Source: Stegostoma tigrinum
Taxonomy: Eukaryota
Length of the DNA stretch: 64,000 nucleotides
Reading direction: 5' to 3'
Assembly (NCBI RefSeq): GCF_030684315.1
Contig: NC_081371.1
Location: 51,156,390-51,220,389 of the forward strand
The translations under genes and the position numbers were made by a program. Below, in pieces: positions 60,243-64,000 of the stretch (within the stretch, counting starts at the first letter, position 1; each line of letters starts with the position of its first letter). The notes under the pieces are model-generated. The model was not told the DNA's origin, made no database searches, and saw only the letters and a list, made by a program, of their open reading frames with translations.

Positions 60243-60749
60243 TAAATGGGGGTCTGTTCAGTTATCAGATACTCCCAGCACCTCAACTGTGTGTAAATAT
60301 TAGTATTGGGTATATAAGAGAGTCTTTGGTTTGTTGGGGTAGAGTCAAAGTCCAATATTTTGTGTGTTTACTTGTTATGCAACTGTACAGAAACAAACTG
60401 CTTTTATGACAATGTATATATACAAGGAGATTTTTTAAGAGTAAAACATATTTTTTGAAATTAAAAAAGGTATGAAACAGATCTAAAGATTAACATCTCA
60501 ACCAAAAGATGACACTTCCAGCAGTGCAACACTTCTTCAGAACTACAATGGATGTATGAACCTATAATCTTCTGACCTAGAGACAAAACCATAAAGCTAC
60601 AACTGTTATCCCAGTAGTGTTATTGATATTTCAGATAGAGTTTTTAAATCCATGCCTAGTTAATATATCATGTGTCTTCCTATCCCTTTTCTAACCCATG
60701 AAGTTTCTTCTCAACGCGTCATTGGCTAGCACCCAGAATTGCACCAAAA

Positions 60750-61075
60750 CACCATAAGATGCAGGAGCAGAAACATGTCATTCAACTCAGAGTTTGCTCC
60801 TAATTCAATGAGATCATGGCTGATCAGGCAATCCTTAACTCTACTTTCCTGTCTGTTCCTCATAAAGCTTGATTCCCTTACTGATTGAAAATCTGTTTAT
60901 GTCAACCTTGAATATACTTGGTGACCAGACATTTACAGCTGTCCAAGGTAAAGAATTCTACATATTCAGATCTCTCGGAAAGAAGAACCTCAGCTGTGTC
61001 TTAAATATCACAACCCTTTATTCTGAGATTATGCCCCCTGGTCCGTGGCTCTGCAACAAGGAGAAACAACCTTGA
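60750..61075 (-). mobile_element. CR1 LINE 3' end
   Basis: accataagatgcaggagcagaa...gagatcatggctgatc. Confidence 0.7.
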
Positions 61076-61714
61076 AGTTCAAAAGCAAAGTCAGCTAGCA
61101 CTTGCTGATTCAGCCTTGCACTAGGTGACTTGAAATGTAATTTCCACTGGGTCCCTGTGCAAACATTTCCTAGTCACCTAACACATGACGAGAGAACTGG
61201 ATAGCGCGTGCTGGCTGCTTCCAGCTTTCACCATGTATTTCCTGCACTATCAGGTGTCTGCTCTGGGACAATATCTCTACCCAACATCCTGTGCAATGTG
61301 CTATTCCATAAAAAATTAGAATTTTGGTCAAACTTCAGGTACCATACCATAACAACAACACATGTGATTATGTACTCCTTTTCAAAAATAAAACATGTCC
61401 AGTTGTTACATAGGAGGGCTAGCAAACAAAATAGTAGCTAATCTTAGCCACATTTTTTCCAGAAAAAGAGAAAATATGTTACTCTATTATTTTTCCTGTT
61501 CTTGAAATAATCTTAGGAAGCTGTTCAGATGTCAAAGAGTACCCAAGAAGTAGGTCATGGCATTGAGGTACAGCTATCACAGAAGCAGAGGACTGAATGG
61601 CCTCTTTCTGTGTTGTAATCATTCTATTATTCAAGGATCAGCAATGATATCAGTGAATAGAGCTGCAGGCTGAAAATGTAGGAGCTGTCTCAAGGGGCCA
61701 AATGGCCACAGTCT

Positions 61715-62057
61715 TTTTTTATTCATTCATGTAATGTGGGTGTTGCTGGCTAGGCCTGCATTTATAGACCATCCCTAATTGCCCAGAGGCCAGTTTAGAG
61801 TCAGCCACATTGCTGTGGGACTGGAGTCACATGTAAGTTAGACAAGGTAAGGATGGCAGTTTCCCTCCTGAAATGGCATCAGTGAACCAGATGGGTTTTC
61901 CAGCAATTGGTAATTGATTCGTGGTCATTATTAGATGCTTAATTCCATATTTTTTGTTGAATTCCATCATCTGCTGTGATAGGATTTGAACCCTGGTCCT
62001 CAGGACATTACCTGGTTCTCTGGATTAACAGTACTACAATAATACCACTAGGCCAGT
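61715..62057 (-). mobile_element. tRNA-derived SINE family 2
   Basis: Near full-length copy from attcattcat to aataccactaggcc. Confidence 0.8.
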
Positions 62058-62920
62058 CCAACAATAGTAAAACTTGTTCTGTGAACTGCTACAGCCTTAG
62101 CAACAGTAACAATTGACGAAGTGTCATGTATTTGTTGAAAGTCTCGATCCAACTGGACCAATTCAGTACAGCAATTAAAAAAAACAGACAAGTGGTCTCA
62201 AAGGAACAGTTAAAGTCAGCAGGCAATTAAACAGTACCCAGTGTGCAAGGGATCCTGCAGGTTTACAAGTAGGAAAATATCAGCTTGTAGTATTTACCGA
62301 GTTTTTTTCTCATTCGGTGATGGGATGTTGATGTCATTATGTCAATATTCATTTGTTGCCCTTCATAAAGTGACGAGAAGCTGCACTGCAGTCCAGGATG
62401 GTGGAGTCTTGACGGAGGGTCAGGGTGACCATTTCAAGAACTCAAGGCTTTTACATTTTACGGGAGTTTTTTTTAAAAAAAGAACGTTGTGACATTGCAT
62501 TCCCTTTAGTGAGTAATGGGTTATGATCATTTTTCTAGTCCAGAGCTCAATGAGAGCAGACTTGGTGCCAGCTATTTTAGATTTCAATGACGGAGCTATA
62601 GGTACTTCTGTTTTTCGGTGCATTTTTTAAGAAATGTTGATTCCAAAATATTGGAGCTGCCTGCAGCGCTCCACCCTCAGTCCAGAAATATGTTTTGATT
62701 CTACAATATTGTCCACAGGGTGAAACTTTGTGCTGACGTTGTGCAGTTCCAGACAATAAACCGGACTGCACAGAAGATAAAGACCTAATTATATCGTACA
62801 AAGGGTAAGGACTTGATTTAAACCCATTCAAGGCTGCAGCGGGTTACTGGGGTCTGATTGAAATTACAAGAAGGAAGAATTTGAATATTTGCAAACTGTA
62901 CAAAACTTTCTTTACTTTAC

Positions 62921-63230
62921 CTCGTCACTTCCAGACTCCAGCTCAGTACCCTCGGTGTCAGTTTTCCCTCCTCAATAAAGAACAATCTGCTGTGCGGCTT
63001 CTTTCTTGTAATATTCTCCTTTCGGTAAACAAATCAAAACTTCCCCCACAAATATTGAAAAGACGAAAGCGCAAGATATCTTTTGTCTGTTTTCCAGGCG
63101 AGCAGCCGGGGAAGGAGAGAGACAGACAGTGTAAATGAGGACCAGATGGGATTGCAATTCCCCATGCATGCATTCAGATCCTCCTATTCCATTTCAACCC
63201 CCGCCTTCCGTGCACCCTGTCCCTCCCTCT
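62921..63230 (-). promoter_or_regulatory. Candidate non-coding first exon / promoter of GLT8D2
   Basis: Unique sequence with more CpG; donor GAG|GTAAAG at 62921/62920; the ATG exon has an acceptor, so an upstream exon is required. Confidence 0.35.
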
Positions 63231-63514
63231 GAAATTTACAAATTCCATCTATGGTTTGCACATTACGTCTGACCAGGAGACGAGACTAAGTGGGAACGCG
63301 GCTCTCAGAGTGCTCAAACCACTTGCTTAAATTTCGCTTTGCACATTTTCCTAAATATTGACAGCTCGGAGGACACAACTTTTCAGATTCTTGCCGTGAA
63401 TTGATCTTGCACTCAAGAAGGAGGACTTTGCATTTATGTAGCGCCATTCACGACTTCCCTGGTTTCTTTTACAGTCAATGAAGTCTTTTGCCAAGCACAG
63501 ACCTGGAGGTGCAG

Positions 63515-63826
63515 AAGGCGACAGCACTGTGGTATTATCACTGGACTGTTTAATTCAGAGACCCAGGTAATGTTCTGAAGATGTTCAAATCCTGCCGTGG
63601 CAGATAGTGGAATTTGAATCCAATAAAAATCTGAAATTAATAGTGACCATGAAGCCATTGCTGAGTGTTGGTGAAAATCCCACCTGGTTCACTAATGCTC
63701 TTTAGGGTCTGGCCTAATGTGATTCCAAATCCACAACAGTGTGGTTGACCCTCAATCCCCTTTGGGTAATTAGGGATGGGCGATAAGTGCTGGCCTCGCC
63801 AGTGATGCCTTTATCCCAGGAATGAA
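63515..63826 (+). mobile_element. tRNA-derived SINE family 2
   Basis: gtggtattatcactggactg..gttcaaatcc head; tail agggatgggcgataagtgctggcc..atcccaggaatgaa. Confidence 0.8.
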
Positions 63827-64000
63827 GAGCACAGCAGCAGCCAAACTGTGCACAGAAAGCTCCCACGCACAGTAATGTGAGCATACTCCTTCCCCCTCAT
63901 CACTCCCTGACTTTGACGGATACAATTGGCAGGAGATCCTGCGGGCATGAACTCAAATGAGCTAGGAGCAGGATCACTCAGCCCTTTAAGTCTGCTCCAG

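Noticed and set aside
59987-60250. ttaaatggg as TSD of the 60006 element
   Set aside because: Only 9 bp, and the left copy is about 10 nt from the element edge; not counted
1-64000. Prokaryotic-type systems (CRISPR, operons, defence islands)
   Set aside because: Spliced vertebrate genes and LINE/SINE content; no long unexplained ORFs or repeat-spacer arrays

Overview
Vertebrate nuclear DNA, most likely from a cartilaginous fish (inferred from the repeat families: HE1/V-SINE-like, Deu-domain SINE, CR1 and L2 LINE relics, Penelope-like hairpin elements). It holds two complete multi-exon genes arranged tail-to-tail, as in human: TDG on + (10 coding exons, 4053-24589, about 415 aa) and GLT8D2 on - (9 coding exons, 54602-29518, about 369 aa). 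I read all splice sites (GT-AG) and phases by hand and they are consistent. A CpG-rich, probably bidirectional promoter lies at about 3400-4430, with a candidate first exon of a divergent gene (by synteny possibly UQCC6/C12orf73). Most ORFs in the supplied track are repeat artefacts. The most notable signal is a set of more than 15 short insertions from about four sequence families. Their intact copies share a minimal hammerhead-ribozyme-like core (CTGAnGA-N-stem-GAAA followed by a palindromic ACGT/AGCT). Many form inverted pairs, and several are flanked by 14-16 bp target-site duplications, including one insert of only 26 nt. There is one assembly gap (39122-39280). Repeat boundaries are approximate.
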